A stretch of 64,000 nucleotides of DNA, taken from Octopus vulgaris. Its lineage: Eukaryota. Location of the stretch: positions 23,560,001 to 23,624,000 of the forward strand of contig OX597816.1 in the NCBI GenBank assembly GCA_951406725.2. The letters are read 5' to 3'. The stretch's first letter is position 1, and every line of letters begins with the position of its first letter. The notes beneath the pieces are model-generated. The model saw only the letters and a list, made by a program, of their open reading frames with translations. It did not search any database and was not told where the DNA came from. The translations under genes were made by a program, and so were the position numbers. This document shows, piece by piece, positions 15,816 to 30,075 of the stretch.

Positions 15816-16057
15816 TGTATGTATGTATGTATGTATGTATGTATGTATGTATACGTTTGTGTGTCTGTGTTTGTCCCCCCAACATCGCTTGACAACTGAT
15901 GCTGGTGTGTTTACATCTCCGTAACGTAGCGGTTCAGCAAAAGAGACCGATAGAATAAGTACTAGGCTTACAAAAAATAAGTCCTGGGGTTGATTTTCTC
16001 GACTAAAGGCGGTGCTCCAGCATGGCCACAGTCAAATGACTGAAACAAATAAAAGAA
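15619..16057 (+). mobile_element. SINE family A, full length
   Basis: GGCGCAGGAGTGGCTGTGTGGTAAG (A-box-like), GGTTCAGTCCC (B-box-like), GGCACCTTGGGCA (CORE-like), (TATG)n, conserved tail. Confidence 0.9.
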
Positions 16058-17011
16058 TACATACATCTGACGAGCTTCTGCACAGTTTCTATCGACCAAA
16101 CTCCCACACAAAGCATGGGTCGACCTTAGGTGTAGTTGAAGACACTTGCTCAAGATGTCACTCAGAAGAACTGAACTGCAAACCACATGGTTGGAATATG
16201 AGCTCCTTAACCACACACCCATTCCTGTACCTATAAATCTGTTTTTCAAATTTCACCCTATCAACCTTTAAAAAAATTGGTTAGAATACAGCGAATTGTG
16301 TAACCATGGATGCATGAAACACGGAGCCTGAAATTTAGAAAACATGATAGTCGCGTTAAAACACTTTTGAGAATATTTCTTATCAGGGGCTGATCTAGGC
16401 AAAATAACAACATGAAGAACATGAGCGCACTTGACAGGCGGCGATACGTAACGCTGGACTACTGAGCCAACAGAAAGCTAGAAATAACAATCAAATTCCC
16501 TCAAGTCACACCCTACCGTGTTTACAAAAAAGGAGGGACACATTGACCATTGTAGTCCAAGACGTAGGTAAAATAGGATGTTCTGGTTTGGAATATCCTT
16601 GATCATGTATCTGCTTAATCCCAAGGCTGATCTGAGCTAAAGTACTATATAACAGCAACAACAAGATGAATCGTGCAACACAAGAAACATAACACCAAAG
16701 TGGTAAATGGGCACAGAGCGGTGGCGGGAAAAGGTATACAGATAGACAAACAGACAGACAGATACATGGCTGAACAAACGAAGGCTCATTCTATTTGGAT
16801 GGTCACTATGGATTAAGATCAGATCATTTTAACGATGAATTTCGTTATCTTTGATCAGCATTCATATTTAAGAACTACTTTCGGGGGAACATTCGTAAAT
16901 CTCCGTAAAAATAGGATACTGATATTCTACTCATGTCTCTGGGAGAAAGATTTGATGTCGCTAATATAATACAGGAAGCCATAGATTCTCTATTATAGTT
17001 GTTGTTGCTGT

Positions 17012-17168
17012 AGGAGTGGCTGTGTGGTAAGTAGCTTGCTTACCAACCACATGGTTCCGGGTTCAGTCCCACTGCGTGGCACTTTGGGCAAGTGTCTTCT
17101 ACTATAGCCTCGGGCCGACAAAATCCTTGTGAGTGGATTTGGTAGACGGAAACTGAAAGAAGGCCGTC

Positions 17169-17234
<66 letters not shown>

Positions 17235-17445
17235 TTGTGTGTCTGTGTTTGTCCCCCCAACATCGCTTGACAACCGATGCTGATGTGTTTATGTCCCCGT
17301 AACTTAGCGGTTCGGTAAAAAAGACCGATAGAATAAGTACTAGGCCTACAAAGAATAAGTCCTGGGGTCTATTTGCTCGACTAAAGGAGTTGCTCCAGCA
17401 TGGCCACAGTCAAATGGCTGAAACAAGTAAAAGAGTAAAAGAGAG
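17012..17445 (+). mobile_element. SINE family A
   Basis: Near-full-length match to the 15619 copy. Confidence 0.9.
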
Positions 17446-19274
17446 TTGTATAGCCGAGACCAACCCAGTTTGAGCAAACATTTTTTTCAAAGCCATTACA
17501 GCTGTGACCATCCCTTCCTTTTAAGGAATGTCTAGAACTGCATTATATCTTTTATTTTATCTTTTATCTGTTTCAGTGATTGGATAGCGACCATGCTGTA
17601 GCACCGCCATGAAATGTCTAGTGGAACAAGTCGATCGTAATACTTATTTTTTAAGTCTCAGACTTATTTTATCACATCTTATGGCCGAAACGTTGGTTTA
17701 TGGAGGCGTAAACAAACCAACAACGGTTGAAAACGGTGGAGGGGCAAACACACATGCACACATACACATATGTATGTATTATTTGACGGGCTACCACGCA
17801 GTTTCCATCAGCTAAATTCACATACAAGATACTGGTGGCTCCGGAGCTACAGTAGGAGACGCTGACCGAAGATACCACAAAGTGGGACTGAACCTGGAGC
17901 TACATGGTTTCAAAGCTAGCTTCTTAACCACAAAGCCATGCCTGCATTTACAATGTGTCCTTTTATTATATATATATGAGATGTAGAAAGTGGTTTGAGA
18001 GAGAGATTTGGCTGCTATTTCTAGGAGACCGAGCGACTATGTGAAGATGTCCTTGATATGTTTGTATCATCAGAAGGCGCAGTTCATCTCTTGAAGCTGG
18101 AGGTAACCTGATACAGTCTGTAATATAAATGTCCTTTCGCCCAGTTTCGATGTTGTGCTAAAACCAACAAGAAGCTTACTAAGGCAATGAAGCTGTCTGT
18201 ACACGGCCTACTCAAAAGTGTTATTTATCCCCGATGCTCTATATAAAGACAGCGTTGTCAGTAGATTCTCCACGATCTAATGCACATTATTAATGAATTC
18301 ATGATGGTAATGAAGACACAGTCTAAAGACCATTAATAAAGCTTATCTAATATCAAATTCGCTGAGCAAGAATTTTCATTAACGAATACAATAGTAAATT
18401 ATTTTGCAACCGCCATGTTGTTTGTGAATATTTGACATTTAATTCTAATAGTTACAAGTTAGCCTTATTCCTGCCTACAGAATTAAAAGTCAACAGCGTA
18501 AGCTTACGATATGGTGTTTTATCAGTTATACAGTCAGTGCATCCTCTGTTTACTGTGTTCTAAGACTGCATTCACGCAGATATTTCTGGCATTCGATATA
18601 TGTTAACAGCTAGCTGGACAAGATCAAAAAATAAAACACGCAAAATAAGATACAAACCGTTGTCTGATACTATCCATTTCTATCTTTCTTTCTTTCTTTT
18701 TTTTTTTTCTCCGCCCCCTCACTCTCTCTCTCCCTCTGGACCAAGTCATCTGCGTCTCTTAACTCAAATAGAAAATTAAATAGTAGATAAAACGGAAATG
18801 TCAACACACGTTTTTCAACGATAATTCTAACTTTAATGAATTCGCTATGTGCATACAAAATCAATACAAACGTCTTCGTTTAACTTTAGACAGAGGATAA
18901 AATATACAAAGACCAAAAGCTTAATATGCAAAACTGGAAAATAGCGTGAGCTAATGTCAAATAAATAAGAATAGTTTTCCTCTGAAGCAACTGTTACAAT
19001 TTGTAGATGTCTGCATCATGTTCTTTTCTTCCATTCATTATTTCTGTGTCTCTATATTTCTGTCTCGTTTTCTTATACACCAAACCTTTCTTCCCTTTTA
19101 GCTTTCTTGTTTTATTGATTGCTTGACATTTTTACATTTCTCCATTTCCTTTCACAACAATTTTTATTCTTTTGTTTTCTTTATTTTTTTATTAATTTCT
19201 TCATTGACCTTATGTTTCATTCACTACTGGAAATATACTGTCAGCAGATCTCTTCAGAAAACATTAGCTATATA

Positions 19275-19364
<90 letters not shown>

Positions 19365-19540
19365 ATGAATGTATATATTATATATATATACACATGTATT
19401 TATATATATGCAGATATGTGTGTATATATATATGTATATATATATGCATATATAAATATATATGTACATATGTATGTATATATATATATATATGTATAGA
19501 TGTGTATATATGGAGATATATATATGTATATATATGTATA

Positions 19541-19600
<60 letters not shown>

Positions 19601-19821
19601 GTATATATATGTATGTATATGTATATATATATATATATATATAAAAGTACAAAGTTAGATAGGGGTTATGAGTGTAACCCACTATGGGATATCATTTATC
19701 CAATATACTGCCAGTAAAGTACCCAGAAGGCTAATACATAAATGCTAAGAATTGCAATGCAATTATTTCATTTATTGTATTATATGGGCGAAGGTAAAAT
19801 GTTTTACCTCAAATTCATAAT

Positions 19822-20322
19822 ACAAAATAAGAAAATGGAGGAATAGATTTCTTTCATTCATCAACTTCCAGATAATACCAATTCATATAATCTATTAACT
19901 AATTATTTAGATTAAATAGGAACATCCAAATCCAACAGAATAATACAGAATAAAACAATATACATCAATAAGTAAGATAATATCATAAGAATAATACATA
20001 TATAATGGATCTTACAGCTTTTTCAGCCTGTAGATAAGAGTATCTCATTATACCCATATTAGTCAGATGTATTGAGGTAATAGGCAGTTAAAAAATATGG
20101 GCATAATGAGATACTATTATCTACAGGCTGAAACAGCTGTAACATCCATTATATATGTATTATTCTTATGGTATTATCTTATTGATATATATTGTTTTAT
20201 TCTGTATTCTGTTGGATGTGGATGTTCTTATTTAATCTAAATATTTAGTTAATAAATTATATGAATTGGTATTATCTGGAAGTTGATGATTCAAAGAAAT
20301 CTATTCCTCCATTTTCTTATTT

Positions 20323-20324
<2 letters not shown>
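19822..20324. repeat. ~500-bp imperfect foldback repeat
   Basis: ACAAAATAAGAAAATGGAGG... is mirrored by ...CCTCCATTTTCTTATTTTGT. Contains GAAACAGCTGTAA as in 54087. Confidence 0.85.
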
Positions 20325-20396
<72 letters not shown>

Positions 20397-20414
20397 TGTA
20401 TGTATGTATATATA

Positions 20415-21653
20415 CAGGGTGTCCCAAAAATATGTATGCACACTTTAAACAATTGTAAAGTAGTTGTTTATTAAAAGACACTTCATTTTCAAAATTTAAT
20501 AGAATCTACAGACATTATTTTATTGTTTTGTCAATGCTTGTTTTCAAACTGATGTCCGGTCTGGTCCAGGCACTGCTGACAACGCAAAGGAATGGAATCA
20601 CAAATATCACAAAAGAATTTGTTTGGTATTTGTGTGCACTCTCGTCCAATGGCTGCTCTCAAATCAGCGACTTGTAGGTTTCATAGCGTAGAATTTGTAT
20701 TTAAGGTATCTCCATAAAAAAGTCTAGTGGTGTGAGGTCTGGTGACTTCAACCATACCTCTTGATCCAATCCACCTGTTTAGAAAGATCTCATCAAGGAA
20801 GGATCTAACATAGCAATGGTAGTGTGGGGGTGCCCCATCTTGCTGAAAATAAAACTCCTCATCTTCAAAGTCTTCTCTAATGCTTGGCATAACAGACTGT
20901 TGCAACAAGTTCAAGTAAACGGGACCAGTCACAGTAGCTTAACAAAAGAATGGTCCAATTAATCCTCTTGATGATAAACCACACCACACAAATATCAAAT
21001 TAACATGGTGTTTCACCATAACATGCAGATTCTCAGGACCCCAGTAGGTGCAGTTGTGGCAGTTAATTGAACCATTTAATTTGAATGTGGCTTCATCACT
21101 CCACACAATCTTTGTTGGAAAGTGTGCAGCTTCTACACATCGTTCCAAGTACGCAATGCTGCACTCTTTCGTCTGGATCATCATCATTAATAGCATGGAC
21201 TAATCTTGGAATGTAACTTTTCCATTGACAATGCTTCAAAAGGCATTGGACAGATGATTTTGGAATACCTACCTCATGTCTCGCTTTGCCGCACAGATTT
21301 TCTTGGACTTTGTTGATTCATTTCCAGTACTCCTTGCTTTGTTGGGTTGTTGATGTTCGGGGTCTTCTGGAATGCTTATCGTGGACATTCTGAACAGTTC
21401 CATCAGCTTCAAACTTATCTCTAATTCAAGTGATAGGGAGTTGCATTGGTGGATCTGTTTGAAACTCCCTCCCCAACTGTTTTTGCACTTCAACTGCATT
21501 TTCACACTTCCAGTATCATTTTAGAATGAATTTTCTTTGTTCAAAGCTTAATCTGACTGCTATCATTAAATCCTATAGGTTTCATCTGGAAAGAAAAAAT
21601 ATCAATTGAGTTATCAGCTGCTAAAGTGTGTATACATTTTTTGGGACACCCTG
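20415..21653 (-). mobile_element. Tc1/mariner DNA transposon with decayed transposase
   Basis: TIRs CAGGGTGTCCCAAAAA / TTTTTGGGACACCCTG, TA TSD. Fragments [31 protein letters not shown]. Confidence 0.92.
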
Positions 21654-21735
21654 TATATGTGTATATATGTATATGTATATATATATGTGTATATATGTAT
21701 ATGTATATATATATATATGTATATCTATGTACATA

Positions 21736-21801
<66 letters not shown>

Positions 21802-21877
21802 TGTATGTGTGTGTGCGTGTGTGTGTGTATGAATGTATGTATGTACACATACATAAGTATATACATACGGACTGTGT

Positions 21878-22350
21878 ATCGTAAGCACTTAAAACTTGAG
21901 GAGCATTTTCATCAACAATGTCACAGAAGGATTTTGAGGATCAGCTGGAAAATATTTCTGAGTGACGATGAGGTGCTTGAAAGGGGGAAAGAGGGAAAAA
22001 AAAGGAAAAAGAGAGAATACCTTGAAAGAGAGAAACTCTTCAGTATTGAAGCTTTGCTATTGCAGTACAGATTGTTATGGAGCGACCAGTTGGTCAGAAT
22101 GACAGACAACAGAATGCCTAAACAACGTTTAAACCGAGAATTGGTGACAGGTAAGTGTCCGTCCTACAAACCTATGATGAGGTACTAAACTTGTCTGAAG
22201 TCGGGATTGTATAAGATAAATGTTCCAATTGACAACTAGGAAGATTTAGGGGATTGTCGCGAAAAATGGAGAAAAAAAATTGTGTATGAAAGCAAAAAGG
22301 AATTTGAAAGGAAGAGAATGTAGAATGCAAAGATCAACAGAAATATGAGG
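21878..22350 (+). pseudogene. RTE-clade LINE ORF C-terminal fragment
   Basis: FHQQCHRRILRISW...DEVLER...RLLWSDQLVRMTDNRMPKQ resembles the RTE post-RT region. Stops are present. Confidence 0.8.
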
Positions 22351-23310
22351 AAAAGTGACAGGAATAATGTTCTAACTTGCGGTCGAGGGATCGCAGGTTC
22401 GAATCTCAGACCCGGCGATGTATATGTTTATGAGCGAAACACCTAAGCTCCACGTTGCTCCGGCAGAAGGTAATGGCGAGCTTCTGCAAACTCTTTCGCC
22501 ACAACTTACTCTCACTCTTTCCTCCTGCATCTTATAGCTCACCTGCGACGGACCGCCGTCCCGTCCAGATGGGGAACCTATACGCCAAGGAAACAAGGAA
22601 GCCGGCCCTTATGAGCCAGGCGTCGCTCGAGAAGGAACATGTGATGGATGGAGAAAGATTTGTCTAAGTAGGGCTTGGCTGAAGTGCCATATGAAACCAC
22701 ACATTGCACAACCGCACATTGATATTACATGGACAGAAAATTTGCATATAATTAGCACTAGGGTCTTACTTAATCTACATACATATAACAAACATATACA
22801 CATACACACATATACATGTATATTTGCATTAGCGATAAATCAATTACATACATATATAGAGAGGGATTTACATGTACATACTTATACACACATATAGATG
22901 CATATATGCTCATACATAAGCATTTGAATTAATTTTTTTACAATCCAGTAATTCTTTCACACAGAATTTCGTCCATCTACGCACCAATATCCCTGATAAG
23001 GCTTATGTATAAGAGAATTGAACTATTTATGTATCAAAAAAAGTATAAGTCGAAACAAACTGTTGGCTTTTTTGGTTGTATATATAATTATTTATATTAT
23101 ATTATATTATATTATATTATATTCATAGAATATTATGTTATAATATAAATAAATTATTGGTTGTTATTTGTATCTCTCTATTTAATTTCTTGCTTGTAAT
23201 TTACACTATATTTATATTTATGTGGTATTCAACCGACGTATTGGATGTTTTACACACCTCTTTGAAGGATTTTTTTCCTTTGTTTGTTACCATATGTATA
23301 TCTCTCTTTC

Positions 23311-23673
23311 TCTCTTTTACATGTTTCAGTCAGTTGACTGCGGCCATGCTGGAGCACCGCCTTTAGTCGAGCAACTCGAACCCCGGGACTTATTCTTTGT
23401 AAGCCCAGTACTTATTCTATCGGTTTCTTTTGCCGAACCGCTAAGTGACGGGGACATAAACACACCAGCAACGGTTGTCAAGCACACCCACACATATATA
23501 TATACATATATACGACGGGCTTCTTTCAGTTTCCGTCTACCAAATCCACTCACAAGGCTTTAGACGGCCCGAGGCTATAGTAGAAGACATTTGCCCAAGA
23601 TGCCACGCAGTGGGACTGAACCCGGGACAATGTGGTTGGTAAGCAAGCTACTTACCACACAGCCACTCCTGCG

Positions 23674-23676
<3 letters not shown>
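23311..23676 (-). mobile_element. SINE family A
   Basis: Full-length reverse-strand copy. Confidence 0.88.
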
Positions 23677-23719
<43 letters not shown>

Positions 23720-23722
<3 letters not shown>

Positions 23723-24066
23723 GAGGCGCAATGGCCCAGTGTTTAGGGCAACGGACTCGCGGATTCGATTCCCAGACCGGGCGTTGCGAGTGTTTATTGA
23801 GCGAAAACACCTAAAGCTCCACGCGGCTCCGGCAGAATATGGTGGCGAACCCTGCTGTACTCTTTCACCACAATTTTCTTTCACTCTTTCTTCCTGTATT
23901 TGTTGTATCTGTCACATTCTGTGTCACGCTGAATTTCCGCGAGAACTACGTTAAGAGTACACGTGTCTGTGGAGTACTTAGCCACTTGCACGTTAATTTC
24001 AAGAACAGGCTGTTCCGTTGATCTGATCAACTGGAACCCTCGTCGTCGTAACTGCGGAGTGCCACT
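23720..24066 (+). mobile_element. SINE family C, tail variant 2
   Basis: tRNA-like head. Tail ...CCTCGTCGTCGTAAC..CGGAGTGC is shared with 46702-47084. Confidence 0.8.
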
Positions 24067-24089
24067 ATGTATATATATATTTATTTATA

Positions 24090-24430
24090 TACACAAATAT
24101 GAGAGAGAATCCACTAAAGTGGACGCCCTTACGCTAAAGAGAGATCCGTATGAGTCTCAAGCACTCACATATAGATAATATTTTTGTTATTTTTTTCATT
24201 TGTCCTGCTCGCTTACGTTCATAGTGAGCTAAATTTTGTCTTGAGAACAATTCTTAGTGGTTGAGACTCATACGGATCTCTCTTTAGCGTAAGGGCGTCC
24301 ACTTTAGTGGATTCTCTCTCAGATTTGTGTATTAATAATATTTACTGAATCTCAGTTTTTTATGCGCTAAACCACTGGTGTTAAATTGATGTTATTAAAT
24401 TAATATACAATTTTTTCACCCTCATTTTGA
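24090..24430. repeat. Interspersed repeat with ~75-bp inverted arms; related to 1-220
   Basis: 24090-24175 mirrors 24255-24331. 24338-24430 matches 124-217 directly, and 24178-24267 matches 3-90 inverted. Confidence 0.75.
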
Positions 24431-24440
24431 TTTTATTTAT

Positions 24441-24500
<60 letters not shown>

Positions 24501-25391
24501 ATGTATACATACATCATACATACATACATACATATATACATACAAGGTGAGAGCAATAAGCAGTGATGTGTATAAATACAAACTTCGTTACCAGTTCAAA
24601 TACGCCTGAGGCACATTCGAACCCGTAAGAAAGTCATTCATTGAATTTTGTGATGGAGAAAATTTCTTACACTGCCTGATTCGGACCCGTTGTGAGCTAA
24701 CTTGTTGCATTTACATCTATTTATATCTATTTGTCTACAGTGAGGAATTTTCAGTGAGGAAATATGGTGAATGGCTTTCTTACGGACGTGGATACACACG
24801 GATTCGAAAATCTGGCAGGCGCAGGCTATTTCGAACTCTATATACTTGCTATCACTTTATATACATACGATTAGAGTTCCTGGCTTTAGGCAAAAGAAAA
24901 TACAGGAGGATCAGTTAATTATGATTTTATTCAAAATATTCCCCTTTCAGATTCACACACTGATTGCATCGGTCCTCTAAGCCCTTTAAAAGAACTCGGA
25001 AGATTTGACTCCAGCCTGGCATTTCGCGATACCCTTAAACCAGGCGCTTTTTCAGCACACATTCGTATATGTATGTATATATATATATATATACTATATA
25101 TATGAGAGAGAGAGAGAATTACAGCTTTTTTCTTTCATATGCATATATGTAAACTATGTACGTGTGTAAATGAACGAGGTACTTGTTTTTACTCTTTTAC
25201 TTGTTTCAGTCATTTGACTGTGGCCATGCTGGATCACTGCCTTTAGTCGAGCAAATCGACCCCAGGACTTATTCTTTGTAACCCTAGTACTGATTCTATC
25301 GGTCTATTTTGCCGAACCGCTAAATTACGGGGACGTAAACACACCAGCATCGGTTGTCAAGTGATGTAGGGGGACAAACACACACACACAA

Positions 25392-25422
<31 letters not shown>

Positions 25423-25456
25423 GACACACATGTATATATATATATATATATATATA

Positions 25457-25614
25457 CTTTATTTTAATCAGCAGAAAATTCAACAAAATCTGTTACTCTG
25501 AGTTTCTCGTTGCCGTTTATCAGACAGTTTTTGCTAGCAAAAACTGTCTGATGAACGGCAACGAGAAACTCAGAGTAACAGATTTTGTTGAATTTTCTGC
25601 TGCTTAAAATAAAG
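25457..25614. repeat. Near-perfect palindrome with hammerhead-like core
   Basis: Centred on GCTAGC at 25533-25538. CTGT-CTGATGA...GAAA-CTCAGAG-TA-ACAG at 25544-25581. Confidence 0.8.
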
Positions 25615-25683
25615 CATATTACTCTACCACTGGTATTTGAGTACTCTTTTTTCCACCTTGTTTCACATTTATGTGTTTACTCC

Positions 25684-25742
<59 letters not shown>

Positions 25743-25744
<2 letters not shown>

Positions 25745-25972
25745 TTCTTTACTACCCACAACGGGCTAAACACAGAGGGGACAAACAAGGACAGACAAAC
25801 GGATTAAGTCGATTATACCGACCCCAGTGCGTAACTGGTACTTATTTAATAGACCCCGAAAGGATGAAAGGCAAAGTCGACCTCGGCGGAATTTGAACTC
25901 AGAACGTAACGGGAGACGAAATACCACTAAGCATTTCGCCCGGCGTGCTAACGATTCTGCCAGCTCGCCGCC
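25743..25972 (-). mobile_element. SINE family B
   Basis: Full-length copy inserted in a TA tract. Confidence 0.9.
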
Positions 25973-27246
25973 TTTAAATATATATACATATATACGACGA
26001 GCTTCTTTCAGTTTCCGTCTACCAAATCCACTCACAAGGCTTCAGTCGGCGCGAGGCTATAGTAGAAGACACTTGCCCAAGGTGCAACGCAGTGGGACTG
26101 AACCCGGAACCATGTGGTTCGTAAGCAAGCTACTTACCACACAGCCATCGGGTTCAATAAAAAATTGTCTCATATAAAGCATAGACAAAAAGCATGATGC
26201 GAATGTAAAAGAAAGAAGCCGTAGTGACAGTAAAATTCGAAATTGTCAGAGCCAGGACATCTTGACATCTGATTTATAGTTGACAATACAGCCGAACAAA
26301 ATTGTCTACATGGAATGAAGATAATTATCTCCCTTAATTCTATCGTCCCCTCTTTCTTCTATTTGGTTCTCTGTATTGCTTATTTCTCTTTCACGGAGAG
26401 CCATCAATTTTGCAATGTATCAATTTGCGAGATAGCAGAATCAATCAAAATATTATTGTCTACGCAGTTCTGAAGTATCATTTCCAACATGTGATATAAA
26501 AGAAATCCTACATACCATAAGAAAATTAATCAATAGTTGCCCAAATAGTTGCCCGACGGCTGTGTGGTAAGTAACTTGCTTACGAACCACATGGTTCCGG
26601 GTTTAGTCCCACTGCGTGGCACCTTGGGCAAGTGTCTTCTAATATTGCATCGGGCCGATCAAACGATTGTGAACGAATTATTAAAATTATTTCCTAACTC
26701 CATTCTTCCTTATATATCATCACACATACTCACACACATATATGTAATAATAATAATAATAATAATGGGTAAAATTAATTAATCAATTAATAATTAATAA
26801 TTTTACCAAGTAGTTCGGTATGTTAAAATAACCATTATCGGTAAACTGATACAAAACTTTTATAAAACTTTTATAATTATGAGTATAATTATAATTAGGC
26901 TTCAGCAAAATTTGCTTCACTACATATCGAAATTTAGAAATAGCAGTTAAAAAATATTCTACTACCATAAGATATCTCCCTGACGCCAATACTCTACATC
27001 TCACGCAGGTTAAGAGAAAAGAGTATATACATGACCTCGTGTGTACCGTTGGCGATTTTTTTCCTCTGTCTTCCCTTCTCTGGGTCTTTCCTTCTCCTAT
27101 GTTTTCGACGAAGAGCTCCGCTCGAAGCATTAAACCCTCCTTCTTTCCTTCTTTCCTTAGCGTCCAATAATAGTATATTTGTTCCACGTCCTCGAGTTGT
27201 TGTGTTTATTTTTTGTACTGTCTTGTTTGGATTAACTTTATATATG

Positions 27247-27311
<65 letters not shown>

Positions 27312-27321
27312 ATATAATATA

Positions 27322-27580
27322 ATATATAAATTAGGGATAAAACCACTATTATGCAACTCAAACAGTGGTAGACATAAACCAAAGCATAAATAACAAATAA
27401 AATATATTTTTATAATTTAATTGTAATTCGAATTTAATTGTAGCCATGATTATTCATTTTTATACTTTTTGAGATCTAGTTATATGTTTTATAAAAGTAT
27501 ATTTTATTTGTTATTTATGTTTTGGTCTATATCTATCACTGTCTGAGTTGCATAATAGTGGTTTTATCTCTAATTTATAC
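27322..27580. repeat. AT-rich inverted repeat
   Basis: GATAAAACCACTATTATGCAACTCA is mirrored by TGAGTTGCATAATAGTGGTTTTATC. Confidence 0.8.
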
Positions 27581-27675
27581 TTTATATATTTATATTGTGA
27601 AATTTGATTTAATACTAAATTGAATTTTTCCCTGTAATTTTGGAGTTATACTCCCTAATATTATTATTATCATTA

Positions 27676-28043
27676 TATGTTTGACTTTTTCTTTATATTT
27701 GTACAAGTTGGCTCCAAGTCTCACCCAGAGACCTCAAGAGACAACAGGTTGGAAGTTCACGTTGTTGTTATGCCTAGCGTGCCATATATTTGGTTGTTTT
27801 TTGTGTTGTACTAGTGGATGTCTAAAAAAAAAGTGTTTATTTTAAACCTTGAGATTACATAGAAAGTATTTTGCGTAGGATATGAGCAGTTCCCATGAGC
27901 ACTATCTTTTGAATTTCTGCCATTTTTGAGTTTCCTGGTGTCCGAGTTAGGTAGCAATCAGCCCCTTTTGCTATCATTCTCAGGGCACCTTTGACAACAG
28001 GTATTGTTTTAGTCTTCAGGTTCCACATTTTGCTGATTTCTAT
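27676..28043 (-). pseudogene. R4/Dong-like LINE 3' fragment inserted in (TAA)n
   Basis: The minus strand reads IEISKMWNLKTKTIPVV.GAL...IQKIVLMGTAHILRKILSM*. ATT repeats on both flanks. Confidence 0.75.
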
Positions 28044-28049
28044 TATTTC

Positions 28050-28106
<57 letters not shown>

Positions 28107-28759
28107 CTGTATTCATTTTTCTTATATTTCGCATTTTACGCCAATGCAACCATCTGACAGATGCCTATTATTACTCATGATTTTTTATTCACATACATAT
28201 TTTTCTGTCTCATGTCCTAAATAAGCTACAACGTTCATGCAGTAAAATATATATATATACTTTTTTTTCTATTTTAGTAAAACTATTTTATTAAAACTAC
28301 AAAACTGCAAACAGGATAAACAGCCGATGGCAAATCATCAGCATACGTGACAGTGAGAGCACGGATGTAACAACACTAACAAAGCAAAACGATTACACAA
28401 TTTATCTCCAGACGTGTAAAATAATAGAGACATCATACACAAAATACAAACCCGCTTTAGAATGCATGATTAAAGAAAAAAAAAAGACAGTTACATCAGA
28501 CTTATAATAGTAATCTGTGAAGTAGACAGAATTAGTTTCCGAGGGAAAGAATACGATAATATATAGGCGGGAAGAGGGAAAGTAATACAGAGCCTAATGA
28601 AAAGCGAAAAACGACTATTCGAATTTAGCCCACCGAAATGCGAGCTAATCCACAAGGAAAGCTTAAAATGAATACCTATTCATTTTAAAGAGGGTCCATA
28701 ACTCAAATTTATCATAAGTAAATGAGAGGTTGACAACTTTTTACACCTTTTGTATGTAC

Positions 28760-28986
28760 TCTTTACTCTTTACTCTTTTACTTGTTCCAGTCATTTGATT
28801 GCGGCAATGCTGGAGCACCGCCTTTTAGTCGAGCAAATCAACCCCAGGATTTTTTCTTTGTAAACTTAGTACTTATTCTATCGGTCTATTTTGCCAAACC
28901 GCTAAGTTACGGGGACGTAAACACACCAGCATCGGATGTCAAGCGATGTTGGAGGGACAAACACAGACAGACAAACGTATACACAC

Positions 28987-29047
<61 letters not shown>

Positions 29048-29213
29048 TACGACGGACTTCTTTCAGTTTCCGTCTACCAAATCCACTCACAAGGCTTTGG
29101 TCGACCCGAGGCTATAGTACAAGACACTTGCCCAAGGTGCCACGCAGTGGGGCTGAACCCAGAACCATGTGTTTGGTAAGCAAGCTACTTACCACACAGC
29201 CACTCTTACGCCT
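28760..29213 (-). mobile_element. SINE family A
   Basis: Full-length reverse-strand copy with internal (TA)n. Confidence 0.88.
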
Positions 29214-29690
29214 GTATGTATACATTTTCCTACAATAATTGGTAAATAAATTAAAATGAAAACGGGAACGAGTGTATAGCATTTTCGAAATAAAATCAGT
29301 TACGAAGCTGTATGGAAAAGAACCACATTTATATATAAATGACAAAAGAAATTAAACGCTTTAACTATCCTGCCTATTAGTATTTTTTTAATGAAATCAA
29401 ATATATGTGTTTGTGAGGGTGAGTGTAGGTGTGTATGTATGTGTGGAGGCGCGAGGCTTGGTGGTTAGAATGTGGACTTACGATCGTAAGATTGTGGTTT
29501 CGATTCCTGAACCAGGTGATCGGTTGAGTTCCAGAGCAAAACATTTTATTCCATGTTGCTCCAGTCCATTCAGTTGTAGAAATGAGTTTAGACTGGAGAG
29601 GGATGAGCTCCGCCTGTCTTCCTCTCCCGAGATACGCTGCGTGTGAATAGCAACCCGACGCCTCCCAATGGATTAAGGGTCTTTTCAAGC

Positions 29691-29736
<46 letters not shown>

Positions 29737-29757
29737 ATATAATATAATATAATATAT

Positions 29758-29821
<64 letters not shown>

Positions 29822-30035
29822 ATATATAATATATAATTATTATATATGAGAATGGCAGAGACCAGGAGATGCAGTAGATATTGTTAGAAGTACACATGAA
29901 GGAGTCGGTGATGCACGCTCCACGGAACGTGTTCTGGCAAGGGCGGTGTAGATAGTGGTGAGAAGATATCCACGTAGGATGAAGTGGCGAACAATGAGTT
30001 GAGACTGAGTCTCAAAGTCATGGTCGTCACAACAA

Positions 30036-30074
<39 letters not shown>

Positions 30075-30075
<1 letters not shown>

